A DNA stretch of 64,000 nucleotides from contig RHPI01001715.1 in assembly GCA_009103225.1 (NCBI GenBank), positions 196,606 through 260,605 of the forward strand. The letters are read 5' to 3'. Positions within the stretch are counted from its first letter, which is position 1, and each line of letters opens with the position of its first letter. Source of the DNA: Chlorokybus atmophyticus (lineage: Eukaryota > Plantae > Mesostigma and Chlorokybus algae). The translations under genes were made by a program, and so were the position numbers. Below are positions 1 through 13,897 of the stretch, piece by piece. The notes beneath the pieces were generated by a model that made no database searches, had not been told where the DNA came from, and saw only the letters and a list, made by a program, of their open reading frames with translations.

Positions 1-1204
1 TTGATTCCCCATCAGAGCAACAGTCAGCTGAGCCACGCTGTTACAACTGTGGTGAGACAGGGCACATGGCGCGCGCGTGCACTGCGGCCAGGAAGGAGAG
101 GCCATGCTTTCTTTGCGGTCGCATGGGCCATCAGAAGCAAGTACGCGTGTGGAAAATGTACTATTGCTTGCTCGTGCAGTTGATTGTTTTACAACTCTAG
201 CATTGAATGCCATCTTACACTTGGCCACTGGTACTGCGTCACAGGACTGTCCTTACGGACTCTGCTTCCGTTGCAAAAAGCCGGGCCACCAAGCGCGTGA
301 CTGCTCTTCAAGGGCTGCTTTATCTGTAGATGAGAGGCTTTGCATCTGCTGTGGGCGATCCAGTCATACGTACAGGGAATGCAGTTTTAAGTACTTGCAG
401 AAGGACCTTGCGGTGAGTGGGGGCCCAGGCGCGCTTGCGGCGGTGGCTTGCGGGGGCATTGCTGCAGCGACATAACAATGTTGACATGTTGCAGCAAGTT
501 GAGTGCTACATATGCGGAGAGCGCGGGCACCTCGCGTGCCACGATGGCCCAGCAGGTTTGCCCTCCAAGTCTTGTTACAACTGTGGTGGCTCAGGTCATT
601 GCGGCGAGGTGCGTGTGTTGATCTATCTTCTTGGTGTAAGGTGTAAAGGCTCTCTGCCTAGCAGCTGTGATAATGTTTGTCTTCTGCAGGACTGCCCTGC
701 ACCAAGGCCCCGCGATCGCTCCTTTGGCGGCATTGGCTTTGGGCGAGCTCGCGATGATGCGCGAGAATGCTTTCGTTGTGGGGAGGTGGGACATTTTGCC
801 AGGGAGTGCACAACATTGTCAGGAGGGGCAAGCAGTAGTAGGCGCTATGAGGTACGTCCAGTTTCTCCAGCAATGTGTGTGTTTGCCACGGCATGCTTGC
901 AGAGTTGGTCAGCAAGCGCCAGCAATTTGTTTGTGTTCGACACATGTCTCTCCTTCCGCAGAGCTTGTCCACAGACCGCATCCAAGCTGCTGCAGACAGG
1001 ATTATGTATGGGGACCCGCAGGGTTTTCACATGCAGCCTGCACAAAGTTATTGGGGAGGTGCCCACATGGCCTCGACAAAGCAATTGAGGTTCGAGTCTC
1101 CCAGCGAGTATGCTACAGAGCAAATGTCGAGGAAACGTAGTGGCTATAATAGAAAAGACGACGACGACCACAGACCTTTCAGCCGGCGGCACAGCCGTCG
1201 GTGA
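1..1204 (+). CDS. Multi-CCHC zinc-knuckle protein, AIR1/2 / ZCCHC7-like (5' end lies outside the window)
   Basis: Exons about 1-140, 245-412, 495-608, 690-851 and 962-1204 join in frame over GT-AG introns. They give repeated CX2CX4HX4C knuckles (RCYNCGETGHMARAC, CFRCKKPGHQARDC, CFRCGEVGHFAREC) and a basic tail ending at TGA 1202-1204. Confidence 0.8.
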
Positions 1205-2300
1205 TGGTATGTCTCTAGTAGTGCATATGCTGTAAATATTGTATCCCTACCATCAGCTCTTGTTAGTACCGGAAAGCTCTGGTACAGTGCGTGCATGAGG
1301 CGCATGTAGTTGCAGCCCCAGCATATACAAATGCCCTGTATGTCTTTGGTACACAGGCGGGCAAGGTAAGGTAAGGTATGGGTGTTGCCTGCAATCAGTA
1401 GGTAGTCTAGGGGTGGTGCATTGCGCCTGTCTGCCAGATTGGTGTGCGGGCTGGTGGCCATATAAACAGGTGTCAAGCTTTCTGTCATGAGTTGTGTCAC
1501 GGGTATTCCCATTCCCTTTGGCTTGCTGATCTCTTTAGTATTGCGCAACACGAGTATCGTGTGGAGTAGAAAACAGTTGAAACCGACATATAAGTCGGCA
1601 TGAGCGTGGCAAGTAACAATTGACAACCACAACCCGCGCTTCCTCATTCGCCCACATGTGACGATACTTCTTTGCTTCAACAATGTCATGATTATTGTAG
1701 CTGGCTTGATGTCACTGATGACAACCGCATCAAATTGCCAGTGAGGCGATGTTGTGCGGGTGGAGGCTTAATGGCTCTATACATCATAAATAGGCAGTGG
1801 AGGTAAAACACACACCTCTAGTTGGGACGTCAGGCTTCAGCCACGAGTCACAGGCCAAGGGTGGATGTGTTGTGCGGCATGCAACAAAGCAGGCGAACGG
1901 ACAGGTGAGAAGCAGCAACCAATCCCAGATCTTGTGGGTGTCGCAGGGTGAACATCACACCGTACCATACCCCTTATATACACTCGGGCATGTTGTGTGC
2001 TTTCCTTGAGACATGCGCTAGAGTGAAAACACAAATTCGAAACAGAACATTGCAGGACGAACAAATGGATGACTCAATGGCAGTGGCTTGGATGCTCCCA
2101 CTCAGGCCTCACGCTACTAGTTGAGCAGCATACATGACAGCATGCACCTCACCTCCGCAACTCGGATTGAGTCGGAGAACATTGCAACGCGAGCGTACAA
2201 TCAAAGATGAACTCCACGCACCGCTTGCAGATTGCAAGCGGCGTCGCGTATACGTGCGTGCATCCGCCACATCATTGTGCGCTGATGGACACACCTCCTC

Positions 2301-5285
2301 CTACCATCGTCCTGGGCTAGAACACGTGCTGCGGCTGCGTGCGCTGGCGTTGTTGTTCACGCCGGTGCCGCAGTCGTAGTAGTCGTCGTGCGCACACCCG
2401 GCGTGACCGCTCTTCCGGAACACGCCCTCATCCACCTTGCTGTTGCTGGTGATGTTGACGGAGCCTCCTCCTGCCGAAGCAAAACGCCCGGCCTTGTCGC
2501 GGTCGAAACCGCTGGACTCGAGAGCGGCTCCGTACGCGGCGCGCGCTTGCGTGTAACACCTGAACATGAGCATGAGTGCGTGTGTGCGAGTATGTATCTG
2601 AGTGGTTGCCCAAGGCTTGTCCACCAGAATAACAACAACAACAACAATGCAAGAGAGCATGCGCGAACCTACCTGTGCACGGCCCCGTGCAGGCCCTCAG
2701 CGAACTGGGCTTGCAACTGCAACTGCGACCGGAATCGCGCTGCCGGCTCCGGCGCTGTCGACATCGCCGCCTGTGTGTGTGAATGTGCGTGTGTGCGTGT
2801 GTGCGCGTATGGGTGCGTGTGCGAGGTAATGAATGAAACAAACCAACACAGTTAAAGTAACTCTCATAATCCTTACCTTGGCTTTGAGTTGGGTGAGGAT
2901 GTCGGCCACATCGTTGATGAGGTCCTGCGTGGCGGCCGCTGTCTTTCGCGCGAGCTGTCCACAGACACGCGCGCAGGCGAGTTCGTCATCACCACCACCA
3001 CCACCATTACAATCACCCGCCACCTCCTCGCTCATGCGTTGTGAAGCCCTCGCCACCACGCTGAGGTTGCCAACGCTCGCCGCCAGCTGCCTCGTCTTCG
3101 CCACGAACACGCCCGTTGCTTTACTGCTGCTGCTGGTGCTGGTGCTGGTGCTCCCTCCTGCCTTCTTCACGCCGCTCGCTAATAATGAGGAGGAGGAGGA
3201 AGCTGGCCTCACCACCTAAGGCCCGGGTGTTGCGTGAATATGTACGTGTACAACAATGTGATGGCAGCAGCATAGCTGAGTAGGAGTACGACGATACGAT
3301 TCTGCAATTTACAGCACGAGCGCATTGCGATGGCGTTGTATGCACCCTGCATGCACACGTGTGCGCGTGCACACGTGTGCAGTATGCATGCCTGTGTACA
3401 TGCATATTGCACAGATGTGCATATGCATGCGTGTGCGTGCGTGCCTGCGTCCGTGTAAGTGTTCTCCCGCCTGTACGTCTGCATGTGCGTGCACGCGTCT
3501 CACTGGCTCTCTCACGCACACGCGTACATGGCTGTGCATACGCTCATATATGCATACGGCCGGATGTGTACGCATCAGGAAAGACGGACACGGACAGACC
3601 CAACGCATTCTCCTCTCACCTCCTCATACGCAACTCCATGCGCGATCTGCCTCCTCAAGTCCGTCACCTCTTTCCGATGCCGTTCGTTGTCCCGCCGTGC
3701 CCGCGCACACGCCGCGCGACGCCAGCAGTCGCTCACCGACACAACAAGCTCACGCAACGCCTCGCGCACTTCTTTTTGTGAGGAGGAGGACATGTGGGCA
3801 CGCGCAAAGGACTGCGCGGCAGACCACGCCTCCGTAGGTACCCTATGGAACAGTTGTTGTTGTTGTTGTTGATGTTGGGAGGGTAAGTATACGAGTGTGA
3901 TTACCATTCGTCGGCTTCGCGCTTTGCGCATACGGGCCGCGTGTGTTCCAGCGCGTTGGCGTCCGTGTGGTACGTGTTGACGAGGCTCTGCACGTGAGAC
4001 AATGTGAGACGTTGTGAGTAGTGAGTTGTTGCACACGCAGCTTGAGAACACGAGTCGCACAGTATCACGACAGAAAGCCGCGCTCAAACCAAGGGATGCA
4101 ACCCAACATACATGCTGTGACAGTCTGTATGTATGATATTTCAAGAGGTCCCCAGAGAGAAGGGCACGACGTGGACGTGCGTACTTGTGCAGGTATGTGT
4201 ACAGGATAAAGGGAAACAGTCTGTATGTACGCATGCCCACACGTACCGTGTACTCGGCGTGATGTGGCAGGTACGTCGCCCCTCCCTCAAACTCCTCCCA
4301 CTCTCTCATCATCCCTCCATACTCCCCCGTGGCCGCGAGTAGTGCGAGTAGTCTCGCGTTGTCCTCACGTGCGCGGGCAGCGGCGTCCTCGGCGGCCGCC
4401 CGGGACCGCGCCAGGGCATGCGCGGCGCTTAAGCTCTCTTTCAGAGCCACGAGCTCGGAAGCCAGGTCGCGGTTGAGGGACTCTTGGGAGGAGAGACGGT
4501 CCTCGCGTGCAAACGAGGCGGACTCGGAGGCGCGGGAGCGATCCTCGGCACGCGCGCGCTCGTCCTCGATCAGCCGCACCCGCTCGTCCTGCACCACGTA
4601 CTGTCACACGATGGCGCAACGCACGCACGCGTTGTTACATGCATGTGGAGGATGACATGCGGGCATGTAACCTCCACGTGCCTGCAGTGCGGAGCGGTGG
4701 CGCTGGAGGGATATCTGCTCCTCCAACGACGATATCTGCGCCTCGAGCATGCGGCGGCGCTCGCTCGCCTCCTCAACAACGCACCTCAACCTGAGACATG
4801 ATCAATAGACTTCTTGACACGATCATAAGCTTTAGACAAACGTGCACACGCCCACCCACCCACCCACCCACCCACACACATTCACACCTGTGTTCCAGTT
4901 GTCGCACGGTCTCGGCATGGGAACGTGCGTCCTCCTCCCTCTCCTCCAGCTTGCGCGTAAGCTCCGCCGCGCGGGACTCGAGCCTCTCGACCGTGCTTCG
5001 AGCGGCGTCGGCCTGGCGAGTGAAGAAACGCGCACGGTCCAACATGTCATCGTCGTGTCTTTGGTCTTTGTCTTCACTCCTACGAGCAGAGGTGGAAGCA
5101 GGCATGCTGGTCTTGTGGTTGCGTACGACACTACGCGTGTACACATTCCGAGCATCGTCGTCATCATGGTCGTCGTCAATGTGGTGGCGTTGGTGTTTGT
5201 TGTCGTTGTTGTTGATGTGTGCAAGGGCGTCCAGTACACTGCGCCAGCTGCTACCACTGCTGCTATTGTTAACGTTCGCCACCAT
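2301..5285 (-). CDS. Multi-exon coiled-coil protein of unknown function
   Basis: E/R/A-rich helical segments in ORFs 4773-5285, 4604-4789 and 3575-4597. Downstream junctions can be joined in frame: AYEE|VVRPASS, TQLKAK|AAMSTAPE and GAVHR|CYTQAR. ATG at 5285, TAG at 2301-2303. Some internal exon borders were not resolved. Confidence 0.6.
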
Positions 5286-6365
5286 TGCTGTTTCCTAATC
5301 AATGTTTTAGTGCATCAGAGCGTGCGGGTGTGTAGCGTCAAGGCCCCTGCGCAGGTCCAGCAAAAGCGCGATCGTTGGTGGTATATGTACGCATGGCTGG
5401 CGGCGTTGTTAGCAGGGAGGGGGGGGGGTATCAAGGGTTCAACGCAATGATAAACGTCATATAACACAATGCCGCAGACACACACGCTACCGCGTAGAAA
5501 GCGCACTAGTACGAAAGAGCTCTCATGACACAACCGAACTAACGAACGAAGCAGCATTACTCCCATCAACCACTGCTGCGACGAAAGTTCCCTTTTGTTC
5601 CGCCTTGCCCATACTCTCATTCACTCGCACTTGCAAGCACTGTGCTCGCGAATCACATTCAAGAGTGACTTTCCGGATAAGGGATCGGTGATGAACAAAA
5701 GCTGGATCGCTTACAACTAATGGAGCAACTGACCATCAAAGCAAGAATGTTTGTTGAGTACATTCTGACCCAACCACGCACACGCAACGCCCACCTCCGG
5801 AGGCGTCCCCTTTCCCCTAACGCCTGGCCACCTTAGTTCGCAGAGGTTGAGATTGCACACCTCAGTACATTCTTCTTCGCCCATGCCAGAGATCAACGAC
5901 GCCTGTTTGGTACCATGTTTCCTTTTCTCTTCTTTCCTCGTCTCACATCGCGCCCAACATACATACCCACGCACGCACGCTACTAGGCCTACCCACCTAT
6001 CTCAGGTTGCGAGCCACGAGTGAAGGCGCGCGTGTGTTTGTTGGCAAGACCTTGTGTGCGACACACCTGCAACGTCCGGCAGGGGGAAAGCGGGCGGCCG
6101 CATGCGAGTGCGCGCGCGCGCGCGGTGCGAGCCAGAAACGGTGCTGCCGCATGTCGTGGCTAAACTTTGCAGTGCAGGCGCATTGAAGGAGGGCGACCGC
6201 ATGCTGCGACTGAAGGTGTCGCCGCATGCGTTGCCCAGAACAACAACAACAACCAGGAGGACGAGGGCGAGGCGGCGGCGGCGGCGGCGGTGTAGGTTAA
6301 TTAGAGCGGAGTGCACAGCTGCAGCTCTCTTTCTTGATTTACTTATTGGGACCTTTGGGATTTGC

Positions 6366-8752
6366 ATGGCGGCAGCGGGTGGAGCGGAGAGCGCCGGAGT
6401 CAGCTGCTGCGAGCCGGCTCCGGTGAGTGTGTGCACAGCACAGTACAGGATTGTATTGGTTGTGTTTGCCTGCTGCTTTGTCTTCCTTTGTTTGCATGTT
6501 TGGGGTTGTGTGTGCCTGTACTGGTCTGCATGGTAAGATTGAACTTAAGAGAGGTTGGTTTTCCTGGAGTTGCAATTGCTGGCGGTTGACAAGTGCAGAT
6601 TCTGACAGCTGGTGCTGTGTGTCTGTTGAGGATTGTGTGCGTAGGTTTGCAACTTGGCAATTCTTCCTAGTGATGGTGCAGATGTCACGTGGTCTGCAGT
6701 TGCCTTTGCTGTTGTCATCTTTCTTTCACTGCTTTCCACCAGTTCATCAAGTCTTTCACCCAACGAACATACACAATTTCAATGTGCATGTCGCTTGTAA
6801 AGCCTGGGGTTTGTCCGTCTCTACTTGTTTGGAAAGCTCAGAGATGAGTTACTCAACCAAGACAAAGTAAACCTCAAATCAGTCAATCGATGGTTCGATT
6901 ACATGGTCAGTCAGTTCGTCTTCTTCAAAACAAACCGCACGATCCTGTCGGCTGCGCGCGTGCCATAACACGACTCAATCACCACCACATGACTGCGTGC
7001 GTGCGTGCGTGCGTGCGCATCAAGAGTTTTCTTCCTGATACTCACTACGCGCATTGCTCGCGTGCACAGGACTGGGCGTCGCTCCCAGACGCGTGCGTGG
7101 AAGCCATCTGCATTTCTGGCGGAGGACGACTCGCCGCCATATGCGCCGCCGTATGCCGGTGAGCGCGTGACATCATATGATAAGGATTGTAGTTAGGATC
7201 CTCTCTCTGTTGCATTGAGTTTGGCAGAATGTATTGCCCCTCCTTGTCCCTTTGTTTGCTACACTGACACTCCAGTCTTTCTAGTACCATCCTGAATTCA
7301 AGCCATAAACCGACATTGCTCATGTTGCGCTGACATTGGAGTCGTGCTACAATTCCATCCTGCTTGGCAACAATCTCGCTCTTTCTTGCGAGTCACCAAC
7401 ACCAACGCTGATATGGTACACCACTCAGGAGCTGGTGTCGCGCGGTGCATTCGGACGTGTTGTGGCGCGAGCTCAACGGGCGAGACTGGCGCCTGCTTCG
7501 TCTACGCAGCAGCAGCAGCGGGCAGAGCGCAAGCAGCAGCGGCGCTGGCAACGGTGGCGTTGTCGGCGGGGTTGGCAATGGTGCGAGCGGTGGCCCCGGC
7601 AGCTGGCGTGCGGCGTACGTGCGGAGACACCGGACATCGCGGAACTGGCGACACAACAATGCAAAACTACAGGTGACTCGTGCATGCATGTGCGTGAGCG
7701 TGTGCGTGTGCGGGTTCGAATGCGCATGTACGTGTGTGCATGTGTGTTGGCGTGTCCCTCATCAGCGATCGTGGAATATCCCGCAGTTGGTGAAGGCGCA
7801 TGGTAGCCGCGTTTGCTGCGTGGCCGCGGACGGCGACTGGGTCGTGAGCGGTTCCTGGGACCGCACCGTGCGCGTCTGGGAACGACAACAACAACACAAC
7901 ATCAGTGATCAGAAGCCCGCGTGGGTCTGCGCCCGCATACTAAAGGGCCACAAAGGCGCCGTATCCGCCATAGCCATCATGGACATTAACCACAACTCCA
8001 ACCCCAACAACAACCACACCCACAACAACAACCACAAGAAGCTCATCATCTCTGCCTCGTGGGACCTCACCCTCCGCGTGTGGGACTCCCGCACCTGGAC
8101 GTGTGCCAAAACCCTCCACGGCCACGACGACTTCGTGCGTTGCGTCTCCACACACAACCACCTGATCGCTTCCGGCAGCGACGATAAGACGGTCCGGCTC
8201 TGGCACGTCAAGACGGGGAAATGCGTCGGCGTGTTGAGTGGACACGTTGGGGGTGTTGAAGCGGTTGCGTTGGGGGAGAAGATGGTGGTGGGGAGTGCGG
8301 GACAGGAGATGAGGGCGTGGGATGTTGGGACGGGAGCTTGCGTGGCCGTGTTGGATGCGTACTCGGGTATTGTGAGTATTGCGTTGGATGAGAGGAGAGT
8401 GTTGACGGGGTTGAGGGATGGGATGGTGAGGGTGTGGGACCCGGCACAGGGGTGGGATTGGGTTCGCGTGTTGGGTGGGTCGGGACGGCGAGACAACATA
8501 TACAGCTATAACAACTACAGTACTGTTGGGCCCGTGCGCGGCGTGTGCGTGACGCACGAGTGGGTTGTTGTCCTCTCCGGAGATGGGGAGTTGTGTGTCT
8601 ACGACAAGAAGCGCCCCGACTTCAGGCCGGTGTTCTCGAGGATCGTCGGGCGGGTCGATCCTGTCTCGCGGGCGGTGGCGGCCGACGACGAGCGCGTGGT
8701 GGTCGGGGATGATGAGGGGGGACTCGCTGTTGTCGACTTCGCGGCAGATTAG
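6366..8752 (+). CDS. F-box/WD40-repeat protein (FBXW7/beta-TrCP-like architecture)
   Basis: A short first exon (MAAAGGAES...) is followed by an F-box split over two exons (DWASLPDACVEAIC...AAVCR|SWCRAVHSDVLW). About seven WD repeats follow (SGSWDRTVRVW, SASWDLTLRVW, SGSDDKTVRLW, GLRDGMVRVW), with stop at 8750-8752. Confidence 0.85.
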
Positions 8753-9476
8753 TATTGTTGTTGTTGGGGGAGGGAATGATTGATGGTTGGACTGGGTAGA
8801 TTTGGCAGAGTTGCGAGGTTTTGTGCTAGGAGTGCTAGGAGCGTGTGTTGATGAAGTGTGCACCTGTTCGTGCACGTGTGCGCGCACGCCTGTGCATGTG
8901 CGTGTGCTCTTGGAAGCTCTGTTTGCTATTGACATTGCAGTGTCTGATTGGTACACATGCTCTCATTACTTGTCTAGTTGTCCCTGCTATTACTACTGTC
9001 GTTACTGCGATCTGTCATCCTAGGTGACGGCACAAGCAGTGCAGAACACTGCCGGTGGCGTCCATGGGTGGCACACAGGGGCAGGCAGAGCACTCTTTTG
9101 GTACCGCGCGTCGCTCAACACCATGGCATGGCACACAGCCATGTGCAAATGGCCATGTCACAGTGACAAGAAAGAGAGCGATTGTGCACCAGGGAAAGAC
9201 CACAAGGAGCTTCACGCCATACAGTAGCTGGCCTGCACGCACATCGTCGCACACACCGGCCAGGACGCCGCTGCTCGCTCCTCAGCTATCAGCAGTTGTT
9301 CCCCACAACCAGCACACAAAGTCATGTGAGTCAACAACAAACGAACCCTCCGTCCGTCCACCCATCCTGCAACTCCTCCCGCCGCCACTGCCTTCCGGTT
9401 CAGTTCTGACTGGCCCAACGGTCTGATTGTCGTAGTCATCGTCGGTGGTGGTGGCGTTGTCGGTGTTGTTGCCGTC

Positions 9477-12400
9477 ATGGCGGCGGCGGCGGCGGCGGTG
9501 GGGATGGGGATGGGGACGAACTACGGGATGGGTGCACCGGGATCCGCTGCCAGCACCGCCAGCACCACCATCGTTACCGCACACAACCACAACCACAACC
9601 ACAACCACCATAACAGCGGCAGTAGCAACAGCAACAGCAGCTTGGAGGAGCTCAAGGGACTGGTGGCGGGGGCACTGGAGAGAAGAGGCGTACTCGCAAA
9701 ACTACGGGTAAGGGAGCGAATGATACGGTAAACTAGTAGCAGAATCAACCACGCTGATATTATTATTATTATTATTATTAACAGTAATGAAGGTAATCAT
9801 CGTGGTTATTAGCTCTATCCCCATTGTCATTAATAGTGGCATTGTCCAGTTGTTGTGATCATAGGGGGGCAAATGGTGGTGGACTACCAGTAGTAGTAGT
9901 CATCCACCAGTATGTTCCTGACTCATCTGTGCTTGAGTGCTCTTCATGTCTTTTGTTTTCTTCTTTCTGTTTTGCAGGCTGAGCTGAGGGCGAGCGTGTT
10001 CTTAGCGCTGGCTGACAGCGGGGGTGATGACGGTGCCGATGGCAACAACAACAGCAATAAGAAGGTGGATGCGTACGTGAAGGGCGGGACGGAGCGCACA
10101 CGCTCTCTGCTGAGCACGCCGCAGGGTAAGTTGCTGGGTGTGAGGGGGGGGTGCTGTTATTGGTAGTGCAGCCATTGCTGCGCCCATAGACACGCACGCG
10201 CACAGGTATACGCATACAAACACGAACATAAACACACGTGTTCACATGCAAGCCANTGGTGTCAGCGTAGTTGTAGAAGCGACCAGCAGGTAGCAGCAGC
10301 AGCAGCAGGCAAGGGGGGGGGGGGCAATGCATGTAAGTGCACACGCGCATGAACATGTTAGTACACTTGCAAATACATACACGTTTATATGTACACAGAT
10401 GCACGCGCAATTGCAGCTTCCCACGCATGCACACACATGCACACGTATGCGTGCGCGCACACACACAATCACCCACACCAACATGCGCGCAGATGCATGC
10501 ACGCGCTCACCTATACGCACGCACACGCACACGCACGCACGCAGGGGAGGTGGCGGCGGAGCTGGTGCGGGACTTCCTGCAGTGGTGCGGCCTCGAGTAC
10601 ACGCTGCAAGTGTTCGTGCCCGAATGCAACCTGGTAGGTAACCTCTCACCGTCATTAACACATGCCAACAATTTTGCCACCTACTCACTAGTGCACACGC
10701 TCACTCCCTCACTTGCGTGCGTGCGCGGCAGCCTGCACAGCGCAAAGACAGGACAAAGCTTGCCTCCGAGGCCAAGCTGAACACCACTCATGAAGCCGAA
10801 GAAGACTCTCCGCTGCTCATGCAACTGCTAACACAGTCAAGCCTCAGCACCACCACCACCACCACCACCAATAACAACAACAACAACAGCAACACCCTCA
10901 CCTCCGTCCCGAAGCTGCCTCTCGGCCAAGTAGTCTCATCATACGCAATCGCACAAACCGCCACATCGTCAACAGCAAGTGGACTCACTCCTCTCGCTCC
11001 TCCTCCCACGCCTCGACCCGGACCCATCAACACCACCACCACCGCCACCACCACACTCAACAACATTACTCTCCCCCCCGGTGCGCGCGCTCTCCCAGGC
11101 TTGACCGGCAACGTCAGTGTGATGAGCAAGAGTGGTGCTGATCGGCTGGGGTCGCCAGCGAACAGCCCGCCGAAGTCGCCGAGGAGCCCCAACTCGCCGC
11201 GAAGCCCAAAGTGAGTGACGTAGTTGGTGTCTTTAGTGTTAGTTGTTGGGTGGGGTGGGGTGAGGACACATATGCAAGGAGTGTGGTGTCCACGTGTTGC
11301 TGCCCCCGAGGATGGTAGCGGTTGCCAGCGCTTGTGCGTGTGCTTTTAACGTGTGCGCATGGGCCGATGGCATTGTGTTTGGTCATCTGAGGGGCTGCTT
11401 TGTGCGCTGTGTCTCATGTGTACATGTGTATATGTGTATGCCGTGTGTTGCCTGCCCACAGAAACCAACTTCTTTTTCCACGTCTACATTCATCAACAAG
11501 CGTCAATGAAACGCAGAGGCAATGATGACCGCTTCCCAGGACGACACGCAGAGCGCTCCCTTTCCCCTCTGGTACCGCTGAGAGATACACGCACGCACAT
11601 ACATACACACACACGTGTGTGCATGTGCCTGCATGTGATTTGTTTATTCACTCACGTCTCCCTCACCCACACCCCTCAGAGTTCTCCCGAGACCCTTTCT
11701 CCCTCCCCCTCCCATTCCCCCTCCGCTCTCTCGTCCCGCTGGCCGCCACCAACCGTCAACATGACAACAACAACAACAACAACAACAACAGGGAAACAAC
11801 CACCCTTGTCTGCCTCCAGACCGGATCCGAGTCCGACGACGACCACGACCGCGGCCGCAGCCGAGCTGGGAGGACTGCCGAGCATTGGGGGAAGGAGAGG
11901 AGGGTGAGTGGTGGAGTGGGTGGGGATGAGTGGAGGGTGGAATCGTGCGTGCGTGCGTGCGTGCGTGCGTGTTCATGTGTGCTTGGATGTTTAGATGTTC
12001 ATGCACGTGTGTGTGCACCAGGTTGCCGCCGTTGGGGCAGAGTTTGACGCCATTGTCGGCTCCACCTTCGCGACTACAAACACACGAGGGTGACATTCTT
12101 GGCCAGGCTGCAGAGCGGCCGGCAGCGAGAATCATCACGCACGCGCCACCACCACCGCCACCGCCACCACCAGCAGCGACATCAACATCAACATCACCAC
12201 CAACGTCAACGATGCAAGCCGTTGGAAGCAAGTCGATGAGCGCAGCGCCAGTGATGTTGCCCAGCAACAACAGCAGCAGCGGTCCTTCCAGGTGCGGGAT
12301 GCACACGTCCACATATGGTGTTGAGTGTTGTTGTAAAGGCAGACTCCTGAGTGTGCTTGTGGTTGTGCAACGATAGTGCTGAAAGGCGAGACATTGGTGG

Positions 12401-12914
12401 CAACATGCAACTAAGCAGCCGCGCCAACGATGACGACAATGACGATGAGGGCTCGTACGCCGATGAGGGCGATGAGTTTGAAGGGTAAGCTGGTTTGCAG
12501 AGTCATGCTTCCAGTTGCATGAAGTGCGCAGCATGGGCATGTGGATGGGTGGTTGCATGCGTGCGTGTGCAGTATGCAGAACATGATGTGTGGTGCCACA
12601 GGGACATCGATGAGTCAATAGCTGAAGAGGAGGTGGATGAGGAGGACATGGACGAGACGGGAGGCGGCGTGGGTGGCGTGGACTACGGGAAGGACTACCT
12701 CGCCGACTCCAAGGAGTTCAACTTCGGGGAGGAGTACGAGCGCGAGGACAACCTGCACTTCTCCATGGTAAAGGCACACAGAGACTGTGCACATGTGGTG
12801 ACTGTGATCGCCTCGTGACCTTGTTGTATTGTGCAGAGTGGCGGCCACAGCGGCGAGCTGCTTGACAGCGGCTTTTCCGATGGCGGGGGCGGGCGCGAGC
12901 TGGACCTGCCATAA
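9477..12914 (+). CDS. FGFR1OP: FOP/CEP43/TONNEAU1-family LisH centrosomal/microtubule protein
   Basis: Spliced N-terminus LEELKGLVAGALERRGVLAKLR|AELRASVFLAL and LisH exon EVAAELVRDFLQWCGLEYTLQVFVPECNL match the FOP/TON1 signature. A long low-complexity region and an acidic tail end at TAA 12912-12914. Confidence 0.75.
10257..10315 (+). repeat. 59-bp dispersed repeat, copy 1 (in a FOP intron)
   Basis: TGGTGTCAGCGTAGTTGTAGAAGCGACCAGCAGGTAGCAGCAGCAGCAGCAGGCAAGGG is identical to 19907-19965. Confidence 0.85.
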
Positions 12915-13842
12915 GTAACAATGATATTACCTCAAGACTTGATCTATGGAGATGCGTTGTGTATAGTAGTTGAGACATATATTGGTAGATCACAAGCCGC
13001 TTGCGGTTGTTATCTTGTCCCATCTCACTTGATTTATTACATAGCAAGCTATGTAGTCGGCCATGGGTTGAGAAGGTAACGTAGTGATAGGAATATGGTG
13101 ATTGGTGTAAAAAGCCTTCACCAAGGCGCTTAAGCACCACCCCACGCATATACGTACATAATGGTAATATATGACAATACTTTCGTGATGTTTGCCTGCT
13201 TGCTTTGCCATTAATCCAATGCGCAGTATAGTTGTGCTGCAATCAATGCATGAATGACAATGTGCTTGTGCACATGCAGCATGCGCAAGCTTGTGCGGGT
13301 ATCACCTTAAAAGGGAGCACCATATGCTTGATGGATGGTGTACAACAGATAGGGCCAGTTATTGGATGCAGCAAAACAGTTCTAGGCTGTTCTCAACATG
13401 CTGGTTGTCCAACAGACATAGGCCTTTACCATCCCTTGCAGTGGACTGGAATTCTTTACCACTAAGTGCCTACCCACACCTGTGTTGTCGCGTGAGGTGT
13501 GCGTTTGTGGTATGTGTAATACACAATTTCACTATTTCAACAACATCGTCACACCAAGTGTAATACTCACTGCATATCTCTGAAGATGCATGATGGTCCA
13601 CCCTGTTTTCTTACATGCAACAATCGGTATAACACCTTATGTGCTTCTGCATAGTGCATGTACAAAACTGCCTCGAGCATACCCTGTACCTTGTTTCACT
13701 AACGCACACAGGGCTGTAGCCCTCACCAAAAGCACGCACCTTGCTGCTGCGCAAGAACCGGAACATAAGGGAGATCATTGTGTATTTATCATAATACCAC
13801 ATCAGGGTCAACACTGTTTGTTCCATCATATCGCAACCACTA

Positions 13843-13897
13843 TGCATTGATCACAATTTGTGATCAATGCAGCATCGTGATTCACAATGCTGCATTG
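13843..13897. repeat. Two overlapping palindromes
   Basis: TGCATTGATCACAA-T-TTGTGATCAATGCA (13843-13871) overlaps CAATGCAGCAT...ATGCTGCATTG (13865-13897). Confidence 0.8.

Noticed and set aside
3121-3872. His/Cys/Thr-rich ORFs suggesting metal-binding proteins
   Set aside because: They are translations of intronic CA/TG microsatellite-like tracts.
6054-6365. Extended N-terminus or separate gene upstream of the F-box ATG
   Set aside because: The sequence is low-complexity with no recognisable motif or splice support, and is more likely 5' UTR or promoter.
7909-8956. Long minus-strand ORFs (196 and 338 aa)
   Set aside because: They are antisense shadows of the GC-rich WD40 exon with no domain features. 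The same applies to ORFs opposite PSAT, VAC14 and the transposase.
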